Source of the DNA: Candidatus Kaiserbacteria bacterium
GTDB lineage: Bacteria > Patescibacteriota > Minisyncoccia > Phycocordibacterales > UBA2100
DNA: 64,000 bases
Direction of reading: 5' to 3'
NCBI GenBank assembly: GCA_027083345.1
Contig: JALWOZ010000012.1
Coordinates: forward strand, 4,025-68,024
Program-made: the position numbers and the translations under genes
Notes under the pieces: generated by a model
Seen by the model: the letters and a program-made list of their open reading frames with translations, nothing else
Told to the model about the DNA's origin: nothing
Database searches by the model: none
In this document: positions 1 to 9,755 of the stretch, one piece after another
How the letters are laid out: every line of letters starts with the position of its first letter
How positions within the stretch are numbered: the stretch's first letter is position 1

Positions 1-2430
1 ATCTTGTGTATCTATATACTCTTTACTTATAACTTTATTAACTGATTGCATATTCTCTATAGATTTTAAAACTTGCAAATTGTATGCATCTTCCATTTCT
101 TTAAACAACCTCAAACCTTCTTTCTTATACTCAACTAAAGGATCCCTCTGACCATAAGCCCGTAAATTTACACTCTGCCTTGTGTAATCCATTAGCTCTA
201 TATGCTCTACCCACAACAGGTCTATGGTTTGTAATAATATAGACCTTAACATGTTATAAAATGCCTCCTCTCCTAATAAGTCCTTCTTTTCTTTTATTAA
301 ATCTTTAATATCTATATTTTTTGGTGCGAGTCTACTCGATATGGCTCTACTATTATCACTACCACTAATCATCTCGGGTAACTCGGCACTGTGGTTGTGT
401 ATCTCGTTATACCGAGCTATGTCCTCTAACTCCTTATCTAAATCTGTATTATCTCCAAACAATATCTTATTCCTTTTACCGTATACTTTATGTCTTTGTT
501 TGTTTAATATATCATCATAAGCTAATACCTGCTTTCTATTATCAAAATTAAATCCCTCTATCTTTGTTTGAGCACTCTCCAATGCTTTACTTATCATCTT
601 TTGCTCAATTGGCTCATCTTCAGGGATACCAAAACGCCCCATCATATTTTTTATCATATCACTGGCAAATATCCTCATTAGAGAGTCCTCTAACGATACA
701 AAAAACTGGGTCTCTCCCTCATCTCCTTGTCTGCCTGCCCTACCTCTTAACTGATTGTCTATTCTACGAGCCTCGTGACGCTCTGTACCCAAAACAAATA
801 GCCCACCCAAACCTTTAACCTCTTGCCTCTCTTCTTCAGTAGCGTCTGGTCCTCCTAATTTAATATCAACTCCACGTCCAGCCATATTCGTAGCTATAGT
901 TACAGCCCCTTTACGCCCAGCCATAGCTATTATCTCTCCCTCTCTCTCGTGATTCTTGGCATTAAGCACCTCATGCTTGATACCCTCCTTATCCAGATAT
1001 GCGCTTAGTAACTCATTAGTTTCAACTGACGCTGTACCTATTAAGATTGGTTGTCCATTGTTATGCACCTCAGCGACTTTACGAGCTATAGCTTTAAATT
1101 TCCCCTGCTGAGTTTGATAAATTAAATCATTCTTATCTATACGTTTTGGAGGAATATTTGTTGGAATCTCTACTGTATTTAGACCATAAACTTTAAAAAA
1201 CTCTTCGGAGCTAGTTACCGCTGTACCTGTCATGCCTGATAATTTTTTATACATCCTAAAGTAATTCTGATATGTTACAGATGCATAAGTCCTAGACTCT
1301 TTTTGAACTTCTACGCCCTCTTTAGCCTCTATTGCCTGATGTAGCCCTTCACTCCACCTTCTACCTGGTTGCATCCTACCGGTAAACTCATCTACTATTA
1401 TTACCTCACCATTTTTAACAACATAATCTTTGTCTCTTTTAAAAAGAGCTTCAGCTCTAACTGCGGTTTCTAAATGATGTACATACTTAATACCACCTTC
1501 TGCATATATATTATCTATCTTTAATATCTTTTCCGCTTTCTCTATGCCACTATCTTTTATCTGCACTGCTTTAAGCTTCTCGTCTACTTCATAGTCTGTA
1601 TCTCTCACTAATGTCTTAGCTATATTAGCAAAGGCTCTATAAAAATCTCCAGACTCAGAAGCTGGTGCGGAGATTATCAAAGGTGTACGAGCCTCATCTA
1701 TTAAAATTGAGTCTATCTCATCTATTATTGCAAAGTTAAAACCTCTCTGAGTAACATCTTCTATACTTTGCGCTATATTATCACGCAGGTAATCAAAGCC
1801 AAATTCACTGTTAGTACCATATGTTATATCTGCATTATAAGCCTCTTTACGAGTAACTGGTACCAATAACTCATCTTCTATTTTATAAGTACCTGTATCA
1901 TCTCGCTCTTTATCTACATCTCCACCTTGCTCTACACTCTTATACAAAAAAGACGCCTCGCTAACTATAACTCCAACCGATAAACCCAAAAATGCATATA
2001 TTTGCCCCATAAGTGCCGCATGTAGCTTTGCCAAATAGTCATTAACAGTAACTAGGTGTACACCTTTACCCTCTAAAGCATTTAAATATATAGGCATCGT
2101 GGCTACCAGAGTCTTACCCTCTCCTGTACGCATCTCAGCTATATCTCCATTATGAATCACAGCTCCACCTATCACCTGCACATCAAAAGGACGCATCCCT
2201 GTAGTACGCACAGATGTCTCTCTAACTACAGCAAACGCCTCAGGCAAGAGCATATCTAGAGTCTCTCCTTTGGACAATCTATCTTTAAACTCTTGAGTCT
2301 TAGCCTTTAATTCATCATCTGTTAACAACTTAATATTGGCCTCTAGTGCATTAACTACCGGCAAAACCTTCTTGGCAGTCTTAAATGCTTTAGAGTTCTC
2401 ATCTCCTAATATTGCTTTTAATATTGACAT
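1..2430 (-). CDS. secA: Preprotein translocase ATPase SecA. The N-terminus lies at 2430; the C-terminal part runs off the window start, so the gene is partial.
   Basis: Reverse-strand translation from the ATG at 2428-2430 reads MSILKAILGD... and contains MRTGEGKTLVA (the SecA Walker A) at about 2101-2160. The frame stays open to position 1. It is missing from the ORF track because it is truncated by the window edge. Confidence 0.85.
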   Translation of the reverse strand, partial: MSILKAILGDENSKAFKTAKKVLPVVNALEANIKLLTDDELKAKTQEFKDRLSKGETLDMLLPEAFAVVRETSVRTTGMRPFDVQVIGGAVIHNGDIAEMRTGEGKTLVATMPIYLNALEGKGVHLVTVNDYLAKLHAALMGQIYAFLGLSVGVIVSEASFLYKSVEQGGDVDKERDDTGTYKIEDELLVPVTRKEAYNADITYGTNSEFGFDYLRDNIAQSIEDVTQRGFNFAIIDEIDSILIDEARTPLIISAPASESGDFYRAFANIAKTLVRDTDYEVDEKLKAVQIKDSGIEKAEKILKIDNIYAEGGIKYVHHLETAVRAEALFKRDKDYVVKNGEVIIVDEFTGRMQPGRRWSEGLHQAIEAKEGVEVQKESRTYASVTYQNYFRMYKKLSGMTGTAVTSSEEFFKVYGLNTVEIPTNIPPKRIDKNDLIYQTQQGKFKAIARKVAEVHNNGQPILIGTASVETNELLSAYLDKEGIKHEVLNAKNHEREGEIIAMAGRKGAVTIATNMAGRGVDIKLGGPDATEEERQEVKGLGGLFVLGTERHEARRIDNQLRGRAGRQGDEGETQFFVSLEDSLMRIFASDMIKNMMGRFGIPEDEPIEQKMISKALESAQTKIEGFNFDNRKQVLAYDDILNKQRHKVYGKRNKILFGDNTDLDKELEDIARYNEIHNHSAELPEMISGSDNSRAISSRLAPKNIDIKDLIKEKKDLLGEEAFYNMLRSILLQTIDLLWVEHIELMDYTRQSVNLRAYGQRDPLVEYKKEGLRLFKEMEDAYNLQVLKSIENMQSVNKVISKEYIDTQD

Positions 2431-2450
2431 TTTACAAAGACTTCATACAC

Positions 2451-2511
2451 AGAGCGGATGACGGGTGCTAGCTCCAAAACGAAAATAATGAGTGCCGCCG
2501 CCACCCGCTCT
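2451..2511 (-). promoter_or_regulatory. Structured 5' leader of secA: an interrupted stem AGAGCGGGUG...CACCC...CCGCUCU that spans most of the predicted UTR.
   Basis: The inverted repeat agagcgg(2451-2457)/ccgctct(2505-2511) and the inner gggtg/caccc pairing are visible in the sequence. It sits between a candidate promoter and the secA ATG, in an unusually long (217 nt) intergenic region. Confidence 0.3.
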
Positions 2512-2527
2512 ATGTACGACACCGTAA

Positions 2528-2556
2528 AGTATAGCAATAATTACGCCTTGTGCCAA
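2528..2556 (-). promoter_or_regulatory. Candidate sigma70-type promoter for secA (TTGGCA, 17 nt spacer, TATACT on the minus strand).
   Basis: The hexamers are read off the reverse complement of 2528-2556. AT-rich DNA gives many false promoter-like matches. Confidence 0.3.
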
Positions 2557-2613
2557 ACTATATATTGTTGTATAATACTGTCGAGTGCCACTAAAGTGGA
2601 GCTTTAACGAAAA

Positions 2614-2647
2614 TACAAAAAAGACCGCCTTACGGCGGGCTTTTTTG
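2614..2647. terminator. Bidirectional rho-independent terminator: a GC hairpin flanked by an A-run and a T-run.
   Basis: The sequence aaaaaagaCCGCCttacGGCGGgcttttttg follows directly after the stop of the 2648..4555 gene. It has a T-run on both strands. Confidence 0.7.
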
Positions 2648-4555
2648 TTATAAGGATTGTCTCCTTTTACGAAGCTCTTCATCTACTCTTTTTAACAAAT
2701 TCTGTACTAACGTATTGTCTGGTACAAGTTTTAAAATACTTTCATAATATTCTTTAGACTTACTAAAGTCCCCTCTTAGCGCATAGTTATTACCTATAGA
2801 GGTTAGTATGCTAATCTTATTAGGAGATAACTCCAAAGCCTTTTGCAAAAACATGGCAGATAAATCATACTTGCCATAAGCGCGGAGCATGCCGGCTGTA
2901 AAGAATGGAAACCTAGCATCATTAGGATACTCATTCATCTGTAGTTGCATTTGTACCAAAGCAGAATTTGCAAATTGAGATTTAACCTTATCACTAATAC
3001 CTTTTACAGGAGCTAGCCTAGATGCAGTTTGTATAAATTGCTCTCTAGCTTCTTGAGTCCCTACAGAATTATAGCTTATTGCATCTAAAAATAACTCTCT
3101 CGATTTCTCTATCATAGAAGGACTTCTAGATGTTACCACAGCCTGCAGTAATGTCTTATTCTGTGCATATATAGGATAATTTAATAAGTATATTGATATT
3201 ATAGTTGTACTTAATACCACTATGAGTACAGTAGTGCGATATAATTTATTATTTGATAAACGGCTCTCTGCTATATCTGATATTGTATTATCACCTCCAG
3301 AAAATACTGAATGTAACCAAGCCAATAAAGAGAAAAATAATACATAACTAATCAAATTATCAAATACAAATAAATTATGTACACTGTAAGCCACTAGCAG
3401 ACTTATCAATAAACTCTTCTCTATAGAATCAAAATTTTTAAGTCGAAGCACCACTAAAAAAGTTGCCACGTATATTCCTAAATAAGCCAACAAACCCAGC
3501 GCCCCTGTTGCTATTAACCAATCTAATAGTATGTTGTGAGTCCTGTCGTACCATTGCTCAGCTTCATACATTCTAGGGTTATAATATTTATTAAAAACAT
3601 AATTAAAATTCTCCTGGCCCCACCCTAATATCGGCCTCTCTCCTACGCCCTTTAAAGCCGTACCCCAAACCATTAAACGCAAAGTTCCTGTAGAATGTCT
3701 ATCTTTTGTAGACAAAGACACATTAGCCAATCTGGAGAGCATGTTGTGATTTTGCACAAATGATGAATCTCTATTAAATAAAAAAATACCTGTTAATAAC
3801 ACAACTAAAGCTACAACTCCTATAGATATTTTGCGTAATAGCATATGACGCTCAGACCTAGCAAATACAATTGTCAACAATGCTAAGATTATTACACCTG
3901 CTACTAACCCAAGTAGTGCACCCCTTGTACCTGTATTCCATAAAACTACCGAATTTATCAAAATAAACAAACTGTATAACACTCTAGGCATTACCTCTTT
4001 ACTCTTGTAAAGAAAGAGACTTGCTAAAAATATATTAAATAGAGCATAAACCGCTAAGTATATTGGATTACCTGTAACTCCTGCTATACGCACTATACCA
4101 CCCGGTATCTCCAATAGAGCACCTAACCCCACTATTACACTAACAGCTAATGATACTTGCCAAAACCTCTCCCACAATTTACCTGAATTAAGAATGCTAC
4201 CCGCAACTATAAAATAAATATAAGAGTGCATCAAAGTAATAAACCCTTCCATACGCTCAAAATTACTCCAAAAACTCTTAAGAGGGGCCACTCCGACTAA
4301 ATCTGCAATGGCGACTATAACAACAAAAATACTCAGGGCCAGAGTAATAGGAGTCATCTTAGGCTTAGGCATCCCACCGAGTAACAATAAAGTCAACCAA
4401 CTACCGAATGCAACCTCTACCAAAATCCTAAATAATAAATTCTTACCTACTATATAAGGGAAGAAAGCCCAACTTGAAACATACAAAACAACAAAAGGTA
4501 TTGCAAATACACAAGCCAGTACCACTAAGCGTAACAATTTGCCTACATTACTCAT
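2648..4555 (-). CDS. Polytopic membrane protein with an O-antigen ligase (Wzy_C/WaaL-like) domain and C-terminal TPR repeats.
   Basis: It has many TM helices. The segment WGTALKGVGERPILGWGQENF...HNILLDWLIATGALG resembles the O-antigen ligase signature. The C-terminal NYALRGDFSKSKEYYESILKLVPDN is TPR-like. Confidence 0.55.
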   Translation of the reverse strand: MSNVGKLLRLVVLACVFAIPFVVLYVSSWAFFPYIVGKNLLFRILVEVAFGSWLTLLLLGGMPKPKMTPITLALSIFVVIVAIADLVGVAPLKSFWSNFERMEGFITLMHSYIYFIVAGSILNSGKLWERFWQVSLAVSVIVGLGALLEIPGGIVRIAGVTGNPIYLAVYALFNIFLASLFLYKSKEVMPRVLYSLFILINSVVLWNTGTRGALLGLVAGVIILALLTIVFARSERHMLLRKISIGVVALVVLLTGIFLFNRDSSFVQNHNMLSRLANVSLSTKDRHSTGTLRLMVWGTALKGVGERPILGWGQENFNYVFNKYYNPRMYEAEQWYDRTHNILLDWLIATGALGLLAYLGIYVATFLVVLRLKNFDSIEKSLLISLLVAYSVHNLFVFDNLISYVLFFSLLAWLHSVFSGGDNTISDIAESRLSNNKLYRTTVLIVVLSTTIISIYLLNYPIYAQNKTLLQAVVTSRSPSMIEKSRELFLDAISYNSVGTQEAREQFIQTASRLAPVKGISDKVKSQFANSALVQMQLQMNEYPNDARFPFFTAGMLRAYGKYDLSAMFLQKALELSPNKISILTSIGNNYALRGDFSKSKEYYESILKLVPDNTLVQNLLKRVDEELRKRRQSL

Positions 4556-4602
4556 TTAGCTAACATTGTAACAAGAACAACTAATATAACAAATATACTT
4601 AA

Positions 4603-6048
4603 CTATACTGCATTACGCACAAACATAGGTACTGAAGCCAAACCTATTATAGACAATAGACCTAAAAACCATCTAAGAGAGCCTTTAGGTAATACACCAA
4701 CGGATTTGACGCTCTCGCCAGACTTGTCTGTACTTGCATTAGGTATAGCTACTAAATCTTTTTTAACGACACTCACTACTCTTTTAGTTTTTAAATCTGG
4801 TTTTACTGTACGACTCTTTATGTGTCTACCTATTGCATAAATATTACCTTCTCGAGCTATAGTACTGTGAGTAGTTTTAATCTCAGTGTTAGTATCAACA
4901 TTACTATTTGTAAGCCCTGTATTTGTATTGTCAAACATGGTTTCTACTTTATCCTCTTTAAATGTAGAGGTGGAGGTTGAGATCGACTCCTTAACATTCT
5001 CTGCCTCTGGTTTTATACTACTGTCAATCACTCTCTTACCTAAAGCATTTATAAGCTGAGCCTTACTACCATATCTCTCTATGTCTATACCCATAACTCC
5101 TTCCGTTATCTTCATTATGCCATGAGCTGAAATTATAGAGTGTCTGGGTATATTAAAATCCTTATATCCAAACCTTATACGCCAACCATTTAACTCCACA
5201 GGTATATTTAAATTATTAACAATTTCTATATAGTGTTTATCTCTTGAGACAAATAGTCCGAAGTTAGGCTCAACCACATCAATATTAAATTTAGTATTAG
5301 CTTGCAATGTATCTTTTTTAGTATTTATATTAACTACATATGTACCTGTCAAACCATATAGATATTTATTAGCACAGGACCCTCTATCCGACCCATCTCC
5401 AAAAGTGATATAGCACTCAACATTTGTAATCTTACCTGTGGCATCATAGACCTCCGGCTCTATATAAACATTACTGCCCAATATTATCTGCATATCATCT
5501 ATACTCCTTACCTCAATATCTTGAGGAGGCTGTATCTCTACCGTATTCCATTTTGTAACCTCTTTATAAGTAGTTACAACACTGTGATCTTGTGTTGTTG
5601 AGCTGTCTACAACACTATTGTTACCTAAAGTAAAAGGTCCACTACCCGGCGTAGGGTCTCCCACCTGCCATGTACCATCTAATTGCTTTTGTAGAGACTT
5701 GCCCTCGTCATCTTTATTGTGGGTATATTTAATTTTATCTAGCAACTCTACAAAGTGATCGCCACTGCTGTTATACAATACTAAATTAGGGTCTAAATTA
5801 TCATTGTTTAATATTAAATATTCCCCAGGGTCAATGGTTGATACCTGCAAAGAGTTAATCTTCTTACCATCATCTATTTTTAATTTTAAACCTGTTAAGT
5901 CGTATACCTCATTACTATTATTAAAAATCTCTACAAATTCATTACCGCTTTCCGAGCCTGTAGGATCATGAAAAATCTCAGTAATAACAATATCTCCCAG
6001 TACTATATTTGGCAAAAATAATAAAAATATACCTAATAACCACCGCAT
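4603..6048 (-). CDS. Secreted or membrane-anchored protein with two lamin-tail-domain (LTD)-like modules.
   Basis: It has an N-terminal signal peptide (MRWLLGIFLLFLPNIVLG) and a C-terminal hydrophobic anchor. VITEIFHDPTGSESGNEFVEIFN and HYIEIVNNLNIPVELNGWRI match the LTD signature. Confidence 0.5.
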   Translation of the reverse strand: MRWLLGIFLLFLPNIVLGDIVITEIFHDPTGSESGNEFVEIFNNSNEVYDLTGLKLKIDDGKKINSLQVSTIDPGEYLILNNDNLDPNLVLYNSSGDHFVELLDKIKYTHNKDDEGKSLQKQLDGTWQVGDPTPGSGPFTLGNNSVVDSSTTQDHSVVTTYKEVTKWNTVEIQPPQDIEVRSIDDMQIILGSNVYIEPEVYDATGKITNVECYITFGDGSDRGSCANKYLYGLTGTYVVNINTKKDTLQANTKFNIDVVEPNFGLFVSRDKHYIEIVNNLNIPVELNGWRIRFGYKDFNIPRHSIISAHGIMKITEGVMGIDIERYGSKAQLINALGKRVIDSSIKPEAENVKESISTSTSTFKEDKVETMFDNTNTGLTNSNVDTNTEIKTTHSTIAREGNIYAIGRHIKSRTVKPDLKTKRVVSVVKKDLVAIPNASTDKSGESVKSVGVLPKGSLRWFLGLLSIIGLASVPMFVRNAV

Positions 6049-6054
6049 AACTTG

Positions 6055-7641
6055 CTAATCTTTTAAGATAGATCTTAAATCCTCCTCAGAGACCTCATTA
6101 ACTGATTGTACTTTTTGCTCTTCTTTTACTTGAGTAATCTTTTGTATAGCCAACCTTAACTCATTATTAATATCTTGCTTGGTCTCTTTCTTATCAGTAT
6201 TTTGTTTCTTAGATTTCGTGGTGATACTCTTATTGCTTTTTCTGTTGATAGAAGGACTTCGTTTTTTATTATCCTTATTCCCCTTATTAATATTTGTTTG
6301 TCTATTGGATTGCTTAGTTGGTATTAATCCCATCTTATCTATAAAAGCCTCCACATCAGCTTTAGGCTTTGCATATTTAGCTCTTGAGCTATCTATTATT
6401 TCTTTAACAAAAGTTACCTTAGATGCCACTATGGGCTCTATAGTCCTAGCAGAAAAAGGGGCAGATCCTATGCCATCTATCATCAGAGTTAAATATACTT
6501 GTGCAAAACCTAAATTAACTATGTCATCGGCAAAGAATGTCGGCTTATACATAGTCTCTAATACCTGTGCATCAAAAGGACCTACTCTAAATGTTATTGT
6601 TGTACCAACATTACCGAAAACGGCATTACGTATATTCTCCTCCATTTGCTCTACATATTGATGGGCTATTATAAGTGCCAACTTATACTTACGAGCCTCA
6701 GATAAAATATTTGCAAAAGAATCATTAACAACTGATTGGAATTCATCCACATACAAATAAAACGGTGGTAGAGAAGCTAACTCTAACTCACTTTGTTCAG
6801 CTCTGCTCATAGCAGATAGGTACATTTTAGTTACTAACATTGAACCTATCAAATCGGCATTTTGCTCTCCCATACGACCTTTAGACAAGTTGATTATAAA
6901 TATCTTTTTGTTGTCCATTAACTTTCTTATATTAAAAGTTGAGTCTGGCTGGGCTATAATATTGCGCACCAAAGGGTTAGAAACAAATTGCCCAATCTTA
7001 TTCTGTATAGCTGGAGTGGCCTCTTGAGCATACCTGTCGGTATAACCGGCAAACTCCACCTTCCAAAACTCCAATACTACAGGGTCTGTAACCTTATCTA
7101 AGACTTTATTGCGAAACTCTTTATTTATGAGCATCCTATTTATGTCTATTAATGTTGAATCCGGATACTCAAGTAAAGCTAATAAGACATTCTGTAATAT
7201 ATATTCCATCCTTGCACTCCAAGCATCTACCCAAACCCTCTTAAAGGCACTCATCAAACCAGCTACGACTAGGTGCCTCTTATCAAAACCAACATCTTCT
7301 AACACATTAAACCCTATGGGATTGTCTGTATCAAAAGGGGCAAAATATAATACATCTTTCACCCTATCTTGAGGCACAAATTCTAAAAGCTTCTCGGCCG
7401 CAGAGCCGTGTGGATCTATAAAACACATGCCCTCACCATTTTGGATATCTTGTATAGCCATATTCTCCAATAAAGTAGACTTGCCCATACCTGTCTTACC
7501 TATCACATACATATGTCGCAATCTGTCGTCAGGCTTTATACCGAAAGGTACATGTCTACCTCTAACATCTGTCATGCCAAAATAATTTATCTTACCATCT
7601 AATCTAGTATTAGAATTCAACTTAGCGTCTGTCTCATTCAT
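6055..7641 (-). CDS. P-loop ATPase of the FtsK/HerA/VirD4 superfamily (AAA_10 / T4SS-coupling-protein-like) with a lysine-rich C-terminal tail.
   Basis: It has a Walker A (IGKTGMGKSTLLENM), then CFIDPHGS (like AAA_10 DPxGEY), a Walker B (LYVDEFQSV) and an IIAHQ sensor. There are no N-terminal TM segments. Confidence 0.5.
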   Translation of the reverse strand: MNETDAKLNSNTRLDGKINYFGMTDVRGRHVPFGIKPDDRLRHMYVIGKTGMGKSTLLENMAIQDIQNGEGMCFIDPHGSAAEKLLEFVPQDRVKDVLYFAPFDTDNPIGFNVLEDVGFDKRHLVVAGLMSAFKRVWVDAWSARMEYILQNVLLALLEYPDSTLIDINRMLINKEFRNKVLDKVTDPVVLEFWKVEFAGYTDRYAQEATPAIQNKIGQFVSNPLVRNIIAQPDSTFNIRKLMDNKKIFIINLSKGRMGEQNADLIGSMLVTKMYLSAMSRAEQSELELASLPPFYLYVDEFQSVVNDSFANILSEARKYKLALIIAHQYVEQMEENIRNAVFGNVGTTITFRVGPFDAQVLETMYKPTFFADDIVNLGFAQVYLTLMIDGIGSAPFSARTIEPIVASKVTFVKEIIDSSRAKYAKPKADVEAFIDKMGLIPTKQSNRQTNINKGNKDNKKRSPSINRKSNKSITTKSKKQNTDKKETKQDINNELRLAIQKITQVKEEQKVQSVNEVSEEDLRSILKD

Positions 7642-7687
7642 ACATTTTATTATACCAGAGATTTATAATCTGCTATACTATATTTAT

Positions 7688-9589
7688 ATGCGCATATTAA
7701 CCGTATTACCTATTACTAATAACCAATATATAGAGGATCTATCCTACTTCTCTATTAAAGATATACCCTTGGGTGCTATTGTGGAAGCCCCTATTAAAGA
7801 TAAGTACATATCGGCAATAGTTATAGATAGTGTCGATGCCTCAAATATAAAAGCATCTATAAAGAGTAGCGACTTTGCATTAAAAAGGATAGGAGTAGCA
7901 CAACACAAAGAGATTTTACCGATAGAATTTGTACGTACGGCATCTATAATAGCTAACTACTATGCTACAAATATAGGCTCTGTCATCTACTCTATGTTAC
8001 CAAAATTTATATCAGATATAGACAATAGTACACATAAAAATATAACACATAAAAACTCTCTCTCTGAAGTATACGCTCTACAGGCCCCACTCAATGATAG
8101 GATATCTATATATAAAAATACAATAAGAGAGGCTTTTGCAAAGAAAGAATCAGTACTGATGGTATTACCCACTGTGGTATCTGCAATCTCAATATACGAA
8201 CACCTGTCTACCAACTTAAGAGATAGAGTCTACATATTAAATAACAAAACACCAAAAAGTAGGCAGGCAAAAATTTTTAATAAAATCCATGCTTCAACAA
8301 AATCTGTATTACTAATATCTACACCAAAGTACGCCACTTTATTTAGATCAGACATAAGCACAATAATAATAGAGGATGAATCCTCTGATGCCTACAATAC
8401 TTTAAAACGCCCATATATAAATATGGCCAAATTCATAGAGACTTACGCTAATCTATCAAAATTAAAATTGATTTTTGGAGGGACTGTGCTCTCCAGCAAA
8501 ATCAATTTAGAGTTAGATAAAGGTACTATCTCAGAACTAACTCCAAAATCAACAAGAGACAGAAATAAGACGAAAATAAAAATCTTAGATACAAGAAAAG
8601 AACTTGGCAGAAAAGAAAATACAAAAAAAAGCCTAAAACAAGCTGAAGTTAATTGTTTTAATCCAATTGATAACCGCCTAAGAAAAGTTATATACACAAC
8701 CATCTCTAAAGAAAAAAATGTGTTTATACTTGCTCCCAGACGGGGATTAGCACCACTTACAGTGTGTAGAGACTGTAAAACTCCGGTATTATGCTCTACA
8801 TGTAATACTCCCATAACTCTCCGCACAACCAAAACACAAAGAGAATTTTTATGTTATAAATGTGGAGAGACTAAAGACTCAGACACTACTTGCTCATATT
8901 GTAATAGCTGGAGACTAGATACTCTTGGTATAGGTATAGAGTTAATAGAAAAAGAACTGAAGAAAGAATTCAAAGTCAATATAACACGCATAGACAAGCA
9001 AACCACAAAAACCGACTCGCAAATACAAAGTGCCATAAATAGGTTTAATTCTAAGGGTGGCATCTTATTGGGCACGCAACTTGCTATACCACACCTACAT
9101 AAAATACCAATAGAGATATCAGCAATAGCTTCTCTAGACTCAATGTTATCTATACCTAATTTTGAGATAGATGAGAGAATATTCTCTCTCCTATTGCAAA
9201 TAAAAAACCTAACAAACAATACCCTATATATACAAACCCGACTCCCAGATAAAGAGGTTCTGACTCGCGCTCAAGAAGGAGACATTTCTAGATTTATGCG
9301 TGAAGAGCTAAAATTACGTAAAGAACTTAAGTATCCTCCCTTTACCGTTATGATAAGAATTACAGCTACTGGTAGTAAGAAAAGTATAATAGAGCAATTC
9401 CAAAATATTATGCCTAAAATAAAACCTTATAAACCTAGAATATTTAAACAATTTTATCAACTCTCCCCCAATAAATTCGCTCTACATGCATTACTACGTA
9501 TACCTACAAACAAATATCCTAATACTGAACTCGTAGAGATATTAAAAAACATCCAACCAACATTTGAGGTTAAGGTTAATATAGAGTAA
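7688..9589 (+). CDS. priA: Primosomal protein N' (PriA)-like protein with degenerate helicase motifs.
   Basis: It has a PriA-type Cys4x2 zinc-binding insert (CRDCKTPVLCSTCNT...CYKCGE...CSYCNS) and collinear similarity in the C-terminal helicase lobe (ILLGTQLA, YPPFTVMIRI). However the Walker A position reads QAPLNDRISIY (no GKT), the DEEH box is EDES, and the arginine finger is absent. Confidence 0.55.
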   Translation: MRILTVLPITNNQYIEDLSYFSIKDIPLGAIVEAPIKDKYISAIVIDSVDASNIKASIKSSDFALKRIGVAQHKEILPIEFVRTASIIANYYATNIGSVIYSMLPKFISDIDNSTHKNITHKNSLSEVYALQAPLNDRISIYKNTIREAFAKKESVLMVLPTVVSAISIYEHLSTNLRDRVYILNNKTPKSRQAKIFNKIHASTKSVLLISTPKYATLFRSDISTIIIEDESSDAYNTLKRPYINMAKFIETYANLSKLKLIFGGTVLSSKINLELDKGTISELTPKSTRDRNKTKIKILDTRKELGRKENTKKSLKQAEVNCFNPIDNRLRKVIYTTISKEKNVFILAPRRGLAPLTVCRDCKTPVLCSTCNTPITLRTTKTQREFLCYKCGETKDSDTTCSYCNSWRLDTLGIGIELIEKELKKEFKVNITRIDKQTTKTDSQIQSAINRFNSKGGILLGTQLAIPHLHKIPIEISAIASLDSMLSIPNFEIDERIFSLLLQIKNLTNNTLYIQTRLPDKEVLTRAQEGDISRFMREELKLRKELKYPPFTVMIRITATGSKKSIIEQFQNIMPKIKPYKPRIFKQFYQLSPNKFALHALLRIPTNKYPNTELVEILKNIQPTFEVKVNIE

Positions 9590-9638
9590 ATGTAGTGTTG
9601 TGCATTTCGGAGCTCTTATCACAATAAGAGCGAAGTAG

Positions 9639-9721
9639 TGCGCCGAGTAGGATTCGAACCTACGTAGGCAATTGCCAACCGGGTTACAGCCGGTCCCATT
9701 TAACCACTCTGGCATCGACGC
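9639..9721 (-). tRNA. tRNA-Tyr (anticodon GTA), type II with a long variable arm; no encoded CCA.
   Basis: Manual fold: acceptor GCGTCGA/TCGGCGC, anticodon stem ACCGG/CCGGT with loop CTGTAAC, variable arm GGCAATTGCC, T-arm GTAGG-TTCGAAT-CCTAC. Confidence 0.8.
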
Positions 9722-9755
9722 ATTGTCAAAATAGACTTAAGTAGTGTACCAGACT

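Noticed and set aside
564-818. 84-aa plus-strand ORF
   Set aside because: Antisense inside secA. Spurious.
2443-2682. 79-aa minus-strand ORF spanning the secA upstream region and terminator
   Set aside because: It runs through a rho-independent terminator and promoter region, with a low-complexity product. This is better explained as non-coding regulatory DNA.
6179-6661. 160-aa plus-strand ORF (and similar ones at 7109..7372, 7987..8214, 8443..8832, 8854..9219, 10384..10692, 11547..11972, 12982..13347, 14458..14832, 36083..36580, 40426..42225, 45691..46257, 48220..49622, 52145..52756, 53124..53621, 56694..58235, 63053..63683)
   Set aside because: All lie antisense within well-supported conserved genes, have low-complexity Ser/Leu/Cys-rich translations and no motifs. 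They are shadow ORFs typical of AT-rich coding DNA.
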